From IMG/VR virus record IMGVR_UViG_3300042868_013692: 64,000 bases of DNA; one strand, written 5' to 3'. Origin of the DNA: an uncultured virus (IMG/VR IMGVR_UViG_3300042868_013692). Lineage: Duplodnaviria > Heunggongvirae > Uroviricota > Caudoviricetes. Each line of letters begins with the position of its first letter. Positions within the stretch are counted from its first letter, which is position 1. Below, one piece after another: positions 29,674 to 40,285 of this stretch. The notes under the pieces were generated by a model, which saw only the letters and a program-made list of their open reading frames with translations, did no database searches and was not told where the DNA came from. Both the position numbers and the translations under genes were made by a program.

Positions 29674-31551
29674 TTACCCTATGAAATACTCGTCGTTATT
29701 TACCGCTGTCAACCTATCAACTTCGTCTGTTACCCAGCGTTGACTATACCCACAAAATTCGGCAACCTTGGCGCATAACTCGTATGCCTCTGATATATTT
29801 CTAAAACATTCTGTGTTTATTTTCCGGTTTTGCCCAACCCACGCTTTGAAAGTATTGCCAGGGCGTTCGTTGTGTTCCAACAAAAAACCCATAATATAAA
29901 ACAAGTGATCTTCACTTGGTGTCCAGCGGTAACCCTTCTCAATCTTCTGTCCCCGCACCCATTGAATAAATGCCGCAGTCACTTTAAACGGCTTACCTTC
30001 TTTAGTGGTGCATTTTTTACACGCCCAATACAACTCTTCGTAGTCTGGGGAAAAATTACCAAGCTGCTCAAACGCCCATTGATAATTTCTGCTTTCCTGA
30101 ATGAGATTTATAAATCTCTCACTCAAACTTGTCTCAATTAACTGAAGCTCAATTTTCTTGTTCTGTCTAACTTTTTTGCGATCGCTCCCACCCTTCTTTG
30201 GCTCTGGTTCAGGCTTCGATAAATCAAACTCAAAGCCACAGTGTGGGCAGTATTCTTCTAGTTTGGGAATATCAGCCCGTCCACAGCCCCAAGCACCGTT
30301 AATGTCTTTCTCACCCTCTGGGCATCGCTTGCTGGTGGGTTTTGCTTTCTTAATCCCGTCCAATGTCCAGAGGTGTGGATCGTCAGGCATACCATGTTCA
30401 TCTATAATTCCTGCGTGATCCAAATATATGGCTTTTTTAGTGCCACTTATCTTGACACCCCTTGCTCGTCCCCGTCTTTGGTTGGCTTTTGTGATCCGTT
30501 TTGTTGGTGATGCTAATTGCACACAACCCACCGATATTGAAGGTAGTTCTAAAATCTCGCAGTATGTTTCGAGATCGAACCCCTCGGTGAGAACGTCACA
30601 GTTGCACAATATGTGTGCCTCACCAGAGATAAATTTACGCAGAGCCTCTTTACGCTCTGGTTGGCGCATTTTGCCATCAATATGAACCGCAGGGATACCA
30701 GCCTGGTTGTATTCGGCAGCTATCTCCTTGGAGTGGATAACGCCACCGGCAAACACAATCGTCGGCAGATTCCCGTACTGATTCCTAACCCGCTTAACCC
30801 ATGTAGCCACGAGTTCGCCTCGCAGTTCCTTGGTGTTGATCTTGTTTTGCAGCTTTTCTGCAACATAATCACCGTTATAGACTGGCACATCCTCAAGATC
30901 GGGAGGTGTTGTCGCATAATAAACGATTTCTGGCAGAAACCCTTTAGTTATTAATTCCGCGTGGGAAACCCCACATAAAATAGTGTCAAATATTCCCTTG
31001 AAGGTTTTTCCATAAGGGGGTTCAGGTGTGGCCGTGAAACCTATCTTGTAAGCTTTTGGCAAGTTTGCAAACAAGTCTACAAAACTGTTTGAGGTTGCCA
31101 AGTGGCATTCATCAATAATAATTAGCTGAAAGTCAAATGGTAGCCTGTCCGCTTTCCATTGTTCCCAATTTTGGGCGACGGACTGAATCATAGAAACTTG
31201 AATCGGTCTGAATGGTGTGAATGGCCAAGTCCCGCTATTTGGTCCTTGAATAACCCCGATATCACTTTTATCTATACCAGCCGTAATTAAATGTTGGCGG
31301 ATCTGTTTGATTATCTCGCCTCTATGTGACAGGAATAATATCTTTGACCCACTTAACCACGCTTTTGTAATTATTTTGGCGATTATTTTGCCTTTACCGC
31401 CACCTGTGGCAAGCTGAACAATCACAGATTTTTTTCCAGACTTAAATTGGTCTCTAACGCCTAAATACAAGTCTTTTTGATAATATCTCAAGTCAGATAT
31501 TATTTCGCTTTCAGAAAGTTCTCGGATACTTTTTTGCACTACTGGTATCAT
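29674..31551 (-). CDS. SF2 DEAD/DEAH-like helicase with a C-terminal Zn-ribbon (RadD/YejH-like)
   Basis: LATGGGKG, IIDECH, GFTATP, DVLTEGFD, QRRGRA, CPHCG. Confidence 0.9.
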   Translation of the reverse strand: MIPVVQKSIRELSESEIISDLRYYQKDLYLGVRDQFKSGKKSVIVQLATGGGKGKIIAKIITKAWLSGSKILFLSHRGEIIKQIRQHLITAGIDKSDIGVIQGPNSGTWPFTPFRPIQVSMIQSVAQNWEQWKADRLPFDFQLIIIDECHLATSNSFVDLFANLPKAYKIGFTATPEPPYGKTFKGIFDTILCGVSHAELITKGFLPEIVYYATTPPDLEDVPVYNGDYVAEKLQNKINTKELRGELVATWVKRVRNQYGNLPTIVFAGGVIHSKEIAAEYNQAGIPAVHIDGKMRQPERKEALRKFISGEAHILCNCDVLTEGFDLETYCEILELPSISVGCVQLASPTKRITKANQRRGRARGVKISGTKKAIYLDHAGIIDEHGMPDDPHLWTLDGIKKAKPTSKRCPEGEKDINGAWGCGRADIPKLEEYCPHCGFEFDLSKPEPEPKKGGSDRKKVRQNKKIELQLIETSLSERFINLIQESRNYQWAFEQLGNFSPDYEELYWACKKCTTKEGKPFKVTAAFIQWVRGQKIEKGYRWTPSEDHLFYIMGFLLEHNERPGNTFKAWVGQNRKINTECFRNISEAYELCAKVAEFCGYSQRWVTDEVDRLTAVNNDEYFIG

Positions 31552-31750
31552 TTTTTTGTGTTTTTTTTGTGTTTGTTTTTATTCTTGTTTTCTACAACAA
31601 CTGTAACATATTGAAGCAATATTGTCAACAAAAACATCAATATCGCATCAATATTATATTTATATTTGGTGGTGAAAACAAAAAAACGCTTGATATTTGC
31701 ATCTAGCGTTTTTAGGTAGTAAATTGGTGCTGCAAATATTATAACACATC

Positions 31751-32602
31751 TTACCATCCTCGGCTAACTATTGTGTCTCCATGACTATCTGTAGCTCCAA
31801 TAGTAGCAATACTTTTCCCATTAATTTGTATATCTGTTGCGTTTATCAAATTCATGTTTGATCCATTTAAATCAAGCTCGATGATACCACCATTTGAACC
31901 CCCAAATCTAAATCGCTGTCCTGAAGCGTTTTTAATTTCCCAATATCCATTCGCTGCGATAAAAGTCGCGCCACCTTGCGACAATGTAATCTTTTCATTC
32001 CCTGTTATGTTGATTGTTTTTTTTGTTTTGATATCAACATTAAAGCTGCCATCAATTTTGATATTGCCTCCGCCTGAAGAGATAACTTCTATATCTCCTT
32101 GCGGAGCATTAATAACTATTTTTTCGCCATTACATTTAATTGTAAAATCCCCCTCCACTATTATGTCTTTGTCTCCGCCAACCCCAATTTTACAATCACC
32201 AGCAATCAACCGTCGCTCGTCTCCGGGTATTTCTTGGGTATTATCATTTACTGGGCTTGTTTGCGATAAGTCTGCTGGGTTTTTATTGTTCGTCAAAGTC
32301 CTCAGCAAAAAACCGTCACTCGAATTGCCCTCCACGAAACAAACTAGAACCGTCGTTCCTATCGGTGGTATTGGCTCGTCGCTGTAACTTGTACTGCGCC
32401 CAGCTTGAATCCAATAGCTTTGTCCTTGTCCACCCATAGCTTCCGTTGAAACCCTTATTCGGCGATCATTTGCAGGATCTTGATTGTCTGTAACTGTTGC
32501 CACCTGTATAGCGTGTGACCGCGTTACAAGCTCACGAATATATGGTAAAAGTTTTATTAAATCTGCGATCGCGCTCCAGTAATTTGCGGTTGGTCTTTGC
32601 AT
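31751..32602 (-). CDS. baseplate spike protein (gpV/gp5/VgrG OB-fold)
   Basis: ATVTDNQDP...RIRV...PPIGTTVLVCFVEGN; beta-helix-like repeats; terminal DSHGD. Confidence 0.82.
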   Translation of the reverse strand: MQRPTANYWSAIADLIKLLPYIRELVTRSHAIQVATVTDNQDPANDRRIRVSTEAMGGQGQSYWIQAGRSTSYSDEPIPPIGTTVLVCFVEGNSSDGFLLRTLTNNKNPADLSQTSPVNDNTQEIPGDERRLIAGDCKIGVGGDKDIIVEGDFTIKCNGEKIVINAPQGDIEVISSGGGNIKIDGSFNVDIKTKKTINITGNEKITLSQGGATFIAANGYWEIKNASGQRFRFGGSNGGIIELDLNGSNMNLINATDIQINGKSIATIGATDSHGDTIVSRGW

Positions 32603-32768
32603 ATAATTTTATTTTTGATTTAAAAAATGCCAAAAGTCTTGATGTAGATTCCAACATACCAAAACTCCTGACATTAATCCAATATTGAGATTTGTAAATT
32701 CACGGGGAATTATTTATATTATATATTTAAATCTGCGAACAATTTTATTATTTTATTTTCCCAGTCGC

Positions 32769-32797
32769 TTGACTTTATTTGTTGACCACAGTATTAT
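32769..32797 (+). promoter_or_regulatory. conserved phage promoter
   Basis: TTGACT-TTATTTGTTGACCACAG-TATTAT. Confidence 0.8.
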
Positions 32798-32931
32798 AGA
32801 GCAAGGAAATCAAAAACAAAACGTGCGAGATTTTATGGTTTTCTGGACGCAAGGAGTTCCAGATTATGAAGCCTCACAACAAATTAAAAATGGAAGTGAG
32901 CTTTACTAAATAACGATAAAAGGACAAAAAA

Positions 32932-33252
32932 ATGAATTCACAAGAACCTTTTGAATGTGAAACTGAATCAGATAAATTGGCGCAGCTTTACATGAAACTA
33001 AACGCCACAAGTCAGCAAGACGCACTAAACAGAATCGCTGACCTAAAAACAATTAGTTCAAGCACAGAGGCTTCAATTAATGAAATACTAAATATTGACT
33101 TTCACATTGCTAGACGCGATCTGCGAAACAAATCTATTACTCAAAAACTAACAATGCTTTCTATTATTGGAAAAAGATTGCGAACATTAACGGATGTTGC
33201 TAACTGTCCAGAAGTTTTGAGTTTTGAAGAATTGGCAACGCGTGACAACTAA
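32932..33252 (+). CDS. hypothetical protein
   Basis: 106 aa, AAGGA RBS. Confidence 0.7.
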   Translation: MNSQEPFECETESDKLAQLYMKLNATSQQDALNRIADLKTISSSTEASINEILNIDFHIARRDLRNKSITQKLTMLSIIGKRLRTLTDVANCPEVLSFEELATRDN

Positions 33253-33319
33253 ATCCAAAGCCTTAACAAATTAATTATTTGATGATTTGAAAATAATGCC
33301 AAATCATCAAATAATTAAT

Positions 33320-34114
33320 TTAATACATAAACTTGTTGCTGTTTTCAAATTTTGCCCGATAAATCGAGATATCAGTCCATCTTGTTAGTGGCGCAGAGCT
33401 ACCACTAACAATCAACTCATTGGACTGCTGAAGAAACCAATCAGTGTTTACCTCAAAGCCAAAATGCTGAGAGGGAATATTCAGTTTTTCCGTGATATAG
33501 GCGACAGTTTTGCGCTGTAACCTGATCAAATTATCAACTGCACCATAATTAAGCTTATTTAAAATTCCCCTGCCACCAGCAACGTGCAAAAATTCATCCT
33601 TTGCAATCATTTCGCTAACCCACAACAAGGAATGTCCGCCCAGCCGCAGAAGTATTGGCAGCGAACAGCCAAGGAACACGCCAACCTCTAAAGTTGATGA
33701 CTTTTGCAAAGGATGCCCTCCCGCGCTTTTCCACTCTTCATTAATTAGTGCAGCCTCATTCCGATGCCAATCGGACACCGGATATGTTTGTAAAGCGTAT
33801 TTAATTTGATGTGCGTGAACCGCCTCATCTTTTATAAATGCCTTGAGAAGTTTCCCAACAATTCCGTCCGTGGTTTTTTCATCAAGCTTCCTGATAAATT
33901 CACCAATATATGCACCAACCTCAACTTCTAGTACGTCTGCCAAAGATAGCACCCTAGAAATTGTTTCAGAGATTCCAAAATCACCACCAAAGGTATATTC
34001 GTGCGCGTCGAGTTCTTGCGGTGTCCAGAAGTGCGGTGACCCATTTTCCTTGCATTTAAAATCATACAGATTTTGTAAACTTACACTATTCTTTTGCTGA
34101 GTTAAATTCATCAT
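33320..34114 (-). CDS. ferritin-like ribonucleotide reductase small (beta) subunit, compact cyanophage type
   Basis: Carboxylate motifs LEVEVG, DEAVH, LEVGVF, DEFLH; adjacent to the alpha gene. Confidence 0.8.
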   Translation of the reverse strand: MMNLTQQKNSVSLQNLYDFKCKENGSPHFWTPQELDAHEYTFGGDFGISETISRVLSLADVLEVEVGAYIGEFIRKLDEKTTDGIVGKLLKAFIKDEAVHAHQIKYALQTYPVSDWHRNEAALINEEWKSAGGHPLQKSSTLEVGVFLGCSLPILLRLGGHSLLWVSEMIAKDEFLHVAGGRGILNKLNYGAVDNLIRLQRKTVAYITEKLNIPSQHFGFEVNTDWFLQQSNELIVSGSSAPLTRWTDISIYRAKFENSNKFMY

Positions 34115-34147
34115 TTTGTATCCGTGAGTTTCGTGTTTAAAAAATAA

Positions 34148-35908
34148 TTAGCCTTCGCCGCAAACCATACAAATTTCCTCTTCGCATTGGGCTGTCATTG
34201 CAATACCCTTATTTAAATACTCCTGATTTACACTATCTGCCATTTGATAGTATGTTGTTGGCAATGGCGATCGCAATGTAAAATCCTCAAACCAGTCTTT
34301 GTCTATTCTACGGTGAATATCAAAACTACCCGCATGAGCCAGTCCAGTGTATTCAGCGAGAAGTTGAAATTCCTCCCACAAAAGCTGAATAGTATCATGC
34401 CCAACCTCGGACATAACCTCAACATCTCCATGCTCTGTAATTGCATCTCCGTATACTTCTGATGCACGAACTTGTGTGCGAGAGTATGGTGGATTTATAT
34501 TTCTGCAAGTTGTAAACCCATCAATATCCTTGTAATCCAAATAGACACGCTGGTTTGGTTCAATACTATAAATTCTTTCTAAATTAAATTCTCCGCCTAT
34601 CTCAGCCCCCTTTTCATAAGCAGTTTTAAGCCATGACGCAATTTCTACTCCCTTATAGCTGCCACCATTATCAAGATATTTGATAGTATCATTCAATCTT
34701 AACGCTCTCATGCTGTTGGCGCACTCTAGATAGGTTACGCCCTGCCTTCTTAGGAAATTAGCCCAACCTAACCAACCAACAGCAATCTGCCTGTCCTCGT
34801 TTGCCGGCAGATATAATTCTGGGTTTGCATTAACAGCATCTCGCCAAGAATAGTGAATTAAAGCAAGCAACTTGACAACGGCACATAATGCCTCTGGCAA
34901 ATCTTCGGGCTTTTCAATTTGCCCAGCATTTACTGGGGACACCAAACAAGAAGCCTTATCTTCTAAATAAATACCCATACAGACATTGGCATACAGACCA
35001 GGTGCTTTTATTTTTTCTAGCATCAAGGACTCGTTGTTAACTTTTTCTATCACCAAGTTCACCAATTTGGTGTTTGAAAATATCTCCGAAGAGTATCGGA
35101 GACCTTTTTTACTTCCGCCCAAAATTTTGCTTAATGGATAATTTAAATACTCTTCAATATCTGGATTTGTGTAATCCATCGCGGTTGTTACAATCCCGCC
35201 CCGTTTTTTTGTCGTCCCACCACGAGCTAGAACTTTACAGATACCATTTAAAAGCTGTAAAACGCTACCAACGTCGCCACTCTCAATACATTTAGCCAGC
35301 CACCGATATATTTCTATAAACCCTGTGTCTGTGCTGCCAAGCCCAAAAATACCCGTGCTGACAGTTTTGGTAGAGGTCTGCTCCCCAGCCTGTCTAATTG
35401 CAGACAAATCCAAAAATATTTGTTTGCCTAGCAAGGCTGCATCAATAAAAGATCTCCAACTACCCTCAATTGAATCCATATCGTCACCGACAAAAATAAT
35501 TGCAACATTTTTGTCGGAAGACATATTTTGCTTCTCTAAAATTTCTCCCCATTTTTGCTTATCTACATATACCTCCTTGTTCTCTTGAGACATTTTATCA
35601 ATGTCTGGATGGCTTGGATCACAGTAAAAATTCCAAACTATAGGGACAGCTTCCCAAAACACAACCTTTTCAGCACCAAACTGAATTTTAACTCCTGCAC
35701 CTTTGCGGATGTAATATGATATTGCACTTACCATCGCGCCTAGACCTATTTTTTTGTCCCAAACACGAAGCATACAACTAGGGGCGTTAGTTTTATACTC
35801 TGGATTTAAAATAAAATCTTTAATTCTGCCTGTTGGGGCAACGTACTGAGAGTCAAGCAGGGATTGAATTTCTGGCGAAACTCTTGTAGCATTTTTTGTG
35901 TCTGTCAT
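34148..35908 (-). CDS. divergent minimal ribonucleotide reductase alpha subunit (cyanophage, clade-O-like)
   Basis: PTGR..PSC, GAGV, RGG, YANVCMGIYL..ASCL, DRQIAVGWLG, TTYY, C-terminal CMVCGEG. Confidence 0.8.
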   Translation of the reverse strand: MTDTKNATRVSPEIQSLLDSQYVAPTGRIKDFILNPEYKTNAPSCMLRVWDKKIGLGAMVSAISYYIRKGAGVKIQFGAEKVVFWEAVPIVWNFYCDPSHPDIDKMSQENKEVYVDKQKWGEILEKQNMSSDKNVAIIFVGDDMDSIEGSWRSFIDAALLGKQIFLDLSAIRQAGEQTSTKTVSTGIFGLGSTDTGFIEIYRWLAKCIESGDVGSVLQLLNGICKVLARGGTTKKRGGIVTTAMDYTNPDIEEYLNYPLSKILGGSKKGLRYSSEIFSNTKLVNLVIEKVNNESLMLEKIKAPGLYANVCMGIYLEDKASCLVSPVNAGQIEKPEDLPEALCAVVKLLALIHYSWRDAVNANPELYLPANEDRQIAVGWLGWANFLRRQGVTYLECANSMRALRLNDTIKYLDNGGSYKGVEIASWLKTAYEKGAEIGGEFNLERIYSIEPNQRVYLDYKDIDGFTTCRNINPPYSRTQVRASEVYGDAITEHGDVEVMSEVGHDTIQLLWEEFQLLAEYTGLAHAGSFDIHRRIDKDWFEDFTLRSPLPTTYYQMADSVNQEYLNKGIAMTAQCEEEICMVCGEG

Positions 35909-36086
35909 TGGAATTGAAAAATGGTTATCAAACAATTATATTGTAAAATTGAAAATTTATTTTTAAGGACTTCAAAAACCAAAGCGAAGATTCACTATAT
36001 ATTTTTTGAAAAATATATAGTGAATCTTCTATAAAAATGTAATAATATTATTTTGTAGCTCAATTATACGACCAAAGGAGAAAATA

Positions 36087-36932
36087 ATGCTAACAGATGC
36101 TGAAACAGAACAAAGCGAAGAGGTACAAAGCGAAGAGGCAAAAGACGAATTACTTACAGAAGAGTGGAGTGAATTATTGCGGAAAAAAAACCACAAAACA
36201 AAAATAGCTACGACAATTTCACAAATTATTAATGATCCACATTTTCCAGAAAAAAGGATAGAAGGAGCTTATCCCGATCTTAAAGATAGTGAGGTAGAAA
36301 TTAAATATCAAACTTTTGCGAAAAAATGGTCGGGAATTAGGCAAGAAAAAAAATATGGGAGAACAACTGTCCCGCCAAGTGAGGCAAAAGGTTTAACCCT
36401 TGATGATTTTGCGGCATTAACTGGCGACTTTCTTGGGAAGAAAGGACTAAACAGGGATGTTATTAATCGCGTTTTACATAGTGGTGACAGCAGTGTTAAA
36501 ACAAGACACAGAACGGCAAATGAGAAAGCCATTAAAATATTAAGTAATTTTACAAAAGATTACACTTTCGATCAAATTCTGAATATGGCTAAAGAGGCGA
36601 TCGCTGAATCCAAAAAAAATGAAGCCGAAAGAATAAACAATCCGCATGAAACTGATCCAATAGAATATCCAATAAAAGAATCTGGATTAAAGCTGCGCGA
36701 TGTAGTTAACAGATACATAAAAAGACATGGACATGATCACCTACTTTCTGAAATTATGAAAATTTCAGGATACGAAGAGGAGTCAAAAGCTAAAGCTCTC
36801 GCTTTTAATTTGTTGTCTGGGTCTGATCCACATATTGCGACCGTTGTCATCCTCTCACGAGAGATGGAAATACCAGGAGAAAAAATGATCGAAATTGTTA
36901 GGAGGTCTTTTATGCCAAACATTAATATATAA
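36087..36932 (+). CDS. hypothetical protein, possibly DNA-binding
   Basis: 281 aa, AAGGAG RBS. Confidence 0.75.
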   Translation: MLTDAETEQSEEVQSEEAKDELLTEEWSELLRKKNHKTKIATTISQIINDPHFPEKRIEGAYPDLKDSEVEIKYQTFAKKWSGIRQEKKYGRTTVPPSEAKGLTLDDFAALTGDFLGKKGLNRDVINRVLHSGDSSVKTRHRTANEKAIKILSNFTKDYTFDQILNMAKEAIAESKKNEAERINNPHETDPIEYPIKESGLKLRDVVNRYIKRHGHDHLLSEIMKISGYEEESKAKALAFNLLSGSDPHIATVVILSREMEIPGEKMIEIVRRSFMPNINI

Positions 36933-37074
36933 ACATTATTTATATAATAACATATATTTTGCCGTATAAAATATATGTTATTAGTTTATTTATCTTGCCA
37001 AATCCAAATATTGCTGCTATTATAGAAATGTGGAGACACACAAAAAAACAAAACTCAAAAAACGCACAAAAAAT

Positions 37075-38100
37075 ATGGTTGCCTCAAATACAGCAATAAA
37101 CACAGCAGCAGCAGAAAATGAATTTGGATTTGACGAATCATTCGAGAGTAAGAGAAATGAAGGTCATCCCTTTGCTCAACTAATAAACCCATCTATGCCT
37201 ATCTCAGACGAAGAAGGCAATTCAAGACTTCAACCATACGGACTTGCAATACGGCTAGACAACGCAGAAAAGGTTGGATTGACGAGCACGAGCCTAACAG
37301 AGAATGGCTGGGAAGAAGTGGACTATAAGTTCACTAGTGGATCAGAAAAACTCTGGATGACTCGGAAACCGCGCTTTGTTATAGTAAAGAAAACACCAGT
37401 CTTTGTGTTTGACAAAAGTACCAAGCGGACTGTTGGAAAATTTGATGAAAAGGTGTACAACAACCTGCTTCACAAGACTTTCACTGAAGCATTCATTCTA
37501 ATACTCGGCAAGAACAACGAATTGCTTCATTCAATCCCAGAGGGTGACGAATTTGATCCAGAATCCGAAGAAGCCTTACCAATGCCCTTAAAAATAAAAT
37601 TAGGTGGCGCAGGGGGAACGAGGTTTGGGGTCTCTTACAGATCATACGACAGAGAACTGAAGCTTGAGAAAGGCTTTATAGCCGAACTAGAACTTGCCTA
37701 CGCCCAACTTCGTGGCGAAAAGAAACCCAAGAAAATGAACTCAATCTGGTACGCACACGGCATCTTTGCGCCGACAATTACTAGCAAACCAGCGGGTACG
37801 CCACCAAACGTCAAGGATGTGTGCGACTTTTCAAGATATGAAGTCCCTACCCCAGAAAAATTGGGGCAGAATCTAATCAAAGGCAAAACCGAGCTATCAA
37901 AGCTTATAATTGCGATCCACAATAAGTACGAGCAATACACTCCGAAAATAGGATCAACAAATCTAGACATCTTAGATGATGTCGAAGAGTTTGGTACTGC
38001 AACATCTGGGCGACCGAAAGTCCCAGCATCTGCATACATGGCTGGCACACAAGTAACAGCAAAAATTGAAGTAAGCGATGCTGATATGCCTCCATACTAA
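37075..38100 (+). CDS. DUF5895-like protein, probably ssDNA-binding or recombination related
   Basis: PFAQLINP..YGLAIR..NAEKVG..W; LILGKNNELLH..PLKIKLGGAGG..F; acidic C-tail ending DMPPY. Confidence 0.6.
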   Translation: MVASNTAINTAAAENEFGFDESFESKRNEGHPFAQLINPSMPISDEEGNSRLQPYGLAIRLDNAEKVGLTSTSLTENGWEEVDYKFTSGSEKLWMTRKPRFVIVKKTPVFVFDKSTKRTVGKFDEKVYNNLLHKTFTEAFILILGKNNELLHSIPEGDEFDPESEEALPMPLKIKLGGAGGTRFGVSYRSYDRELKLEKGFIAELELAYAQLRGEKKPKKMNSIWYAHGIFAPTITSKPAGTPPNVKDVCDFSRYEVPTPEKLGQNLIKGKTELSKLIIAIHNKYEQYTPKIGSTNLDILDDVEEFGTATSGRPKVPASAYMAGTQVTAKIEVSDADMPPY

Positions 38101-38312
38101 AGGCTAAACCAAAAGTGCCAAGGTTATGTTGTATAACCCTGGCACTAAAAAAACACAAAAAACACAAATACAGCAAAACAAACTTACTGACATCTGGCTT
38201 TAATTAACTATATCAATAATCCACCAAGAAAGCTATAACCACAGCAGGATTTTTAGATATAAAATTGTGCGTTTGCACGATAAACACAAAAACCAAAACA
38301 CAAACAAAAACA

Positions 38313-39815
38313 ATGACTATATTACCAAACTCAATTGCTGAGTTAAGCGAATCAGATTTTAGCCTACCAAAATACACTTCTCCAGTAGAAAGACTTGTTA
38401 GCCCTAATGGTATGCTCCTAACAAAAGAGCAAACATCTGCGGTAGAGGTTCTTGTGAACTGGGCTATCCAGGCAATGGTTATCCCCAGAGAAGTCCCTGT
38501 CCGAGACAGATCAATTAGGCTTGAAGGCGTTCCTGGGGCTGGAAAATCAACGATCATAATGACCTTCGTAAGAGAACTTACGAATATAAAAAAGTGTGTA
38601 ATTGCTGCCACAGCACCAACGCACAAAGCGAAGCGTGTCCTGATAGACCTCGCGGTTGAAAATGCGATGTGGGATTTGAAAATCTCAACACTACAGTCCC
38701 AGCTAGGTCTTAAAACAGCCCTTGATGACATGGGCGAGGACGAATTTTTCTTTGACAACCGCAAACGCAAGATTCAAGAAAACGATATTGTCCTCGCGGA
38801 CGAGGGGTCAATGATCAACCCAACGCAATGGTCATACCTGAACAACATCCCCGACTGCCCACCAATGATAATTTCGTGCGATCGCAGCCAACTAAAACCT
38901 GTAGAATCAAGCGAGAAGTCACCAATATTCTTTGAAGTTAAGCGTGCAGTCTTCTTAACTAAAGCAATGCGTTACACAGGCGTAATAGGTGAGTATGTCG
39001 AAGCATTGCGGAAGAGCAAGACATTTGTAAATCCCATACCATTTGCGGATGGGGAGAATTTGATTGTATGCAACAGAGACAAATGGCTTAATATGCTTGT
39101 TGACGAATTTTCCAACAACGAGACACCAAGTGCAAGAGCTTTGGCATTCACAAACAAGGGTGTTAAGTTTGTAAATAATTTTGTTCACTACGAATCAGGA
39201 TTGAGAAAACACAATCTTAGTTATGCTGGGGTAAATGCACCAATAGTCGAAATACCCCAATACGAAAACGGTATCTACATCATATTTAAAAAAGCCATCA
39301 ATGAGTGGGATAAACTAGAAGGCAAGCGCGTTGTGCGCGTTCACAACAGTACCGAAGCAAAAATAACGGAAGCGTACAAGACGGTTCACAATGATTACAA
39401 TGCTTGGTTTCTAAGCATGGAGTGGTACGATGTTACTGTTCATGGGCATATTATCCCTATGTCGTACCAGGGATACTGCTTGGATGACTCAAGCATGAAA
39501 AACTTTAACGGCGACTTAGAGGTTCTCAGGCAGCAGATATCAGAATATCTCCACGTTGAATACAGCCCAATAAAAACGGCTTTGAAAAGGGATATAGCCA
39601 GACATAGGGATATGTTCATAAATTGGGACAAGGGCGAGTTGTCAGCCCTCACATATACCTACGCTTCCACAATTCACACTGCCCAAGGAAGTGGATGGAA
39701 GTCTGCTTACGCTTTACTCCCAGATATCGTCAAATGTAGCGATGGCTCGACACTACAGGAATTGATATATACCTGCATGACAAGAGCAAAAGAGAAACTA
39801 ATTGTAATGATTTAA
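38313..39815 (+). CDS. SF1 helicase (Dda/RecD-like)
   Basis: GVPGAGKST, APTHKA, LADEGSMI, DRSQLKPV, YASTIHTAQGS, YTCMTRA. Confidence 0.92.
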   Translation: MTILPNSIAELSESDFSLPKYTSPVERLVSPNGMLLTKEQTSAVEVLVNWAIQAMVIPREVPVRDRSIRLEGVPGAGKSTIIMTFVRELTNIKKCVIAATAPTHKAKRVLIDLAVENAMWDLKISTLQSQLGLKTALDDMGEDEFFFDNRKRKIQENDIVLADEGSMINPTQWSYLNNIPDCPPMIISCDRSQLKPVESSEKSPIFFEVKRAVFLTKAMRYTGVIGEYVEALRKSKTFVNPIPFADGENLIVCNRDKWLNMLVDEFSNNETPSARALAFTNKGVKFVNNFVHYESGLRKHNLSYAGVNAPIVEIPQYENGIYIIFKKAINEWDKLEGKRVVRVHNSTEAKITEAYKTVHNDYNAWFLSMEWYDVTVHGHIIPMSYQGYCLDDSSMKNFNGDLEVLRQQISEYLHVEYSPIKTALKRDIARHRDMFINWDKGELSALTYTYASTIHTAQGSGWKSAYALLPDIVKCSDGSTLQELIYTCMTRAKEKLIVMI

Positions 39816-39901
39816 AGCTATTCTACACAGTGCCTTTGTCTGGGCTGTGTAGAATATTTTGTTTTGTTAATTTTATCTTCAAACGTTGACATTAGCTATT
39901 C

Positions 39902-40285
39902 TTAATTAAGCTCTAGTTCTTCGTCTTGTTTGTATGAATCTGGCTTAGATGCTAAAAGTGATAGTAAAATCTCCCTATTTTCCTCAAAAGCAGCCGACAA
40001 ATTGCGGCCAGGAGCGAAATATGGGACTATTTTTTGAGGGACATTAACTTTCTCTTGGGTTTTTGGATTTTTACAGACTTTACCCTCGGTAAATTTATGA
40101 TCAAAACTTCCAAACCCATGAATAGTAACTGTATTTCCTGCGGACAACTCCGCAATAAATGCACTAAAAATTTCATCAAAAACTAGCTTAACTGTAGTTT
40201 GAGGTAGTTTCGTACTTTTTGCAACGTTTGAAATTATACGCGATTTAGAAACCTTGCCCACGCCTAACTTTTTCTTTCTTGGCAT
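39902..40285 (-). CDS. HU/IHF-family DNA-binding protein
   Basis: VTIHGFGSF...KNPKTQEKVNVP..VPYFAPG. Confidence 0.9.
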   Translation of the reverse strand: MPRKKKLGVGKVSKSRIISNVAKSTKLPQTTVKLVFDEIFSAFIAELSAGNTVTIHGFGSFDHKFTEGKVCKNPKTQEKVNVPQKIVPYFAPGRNLSAAFEENREILLSLLASKPDSYKQDEELELN

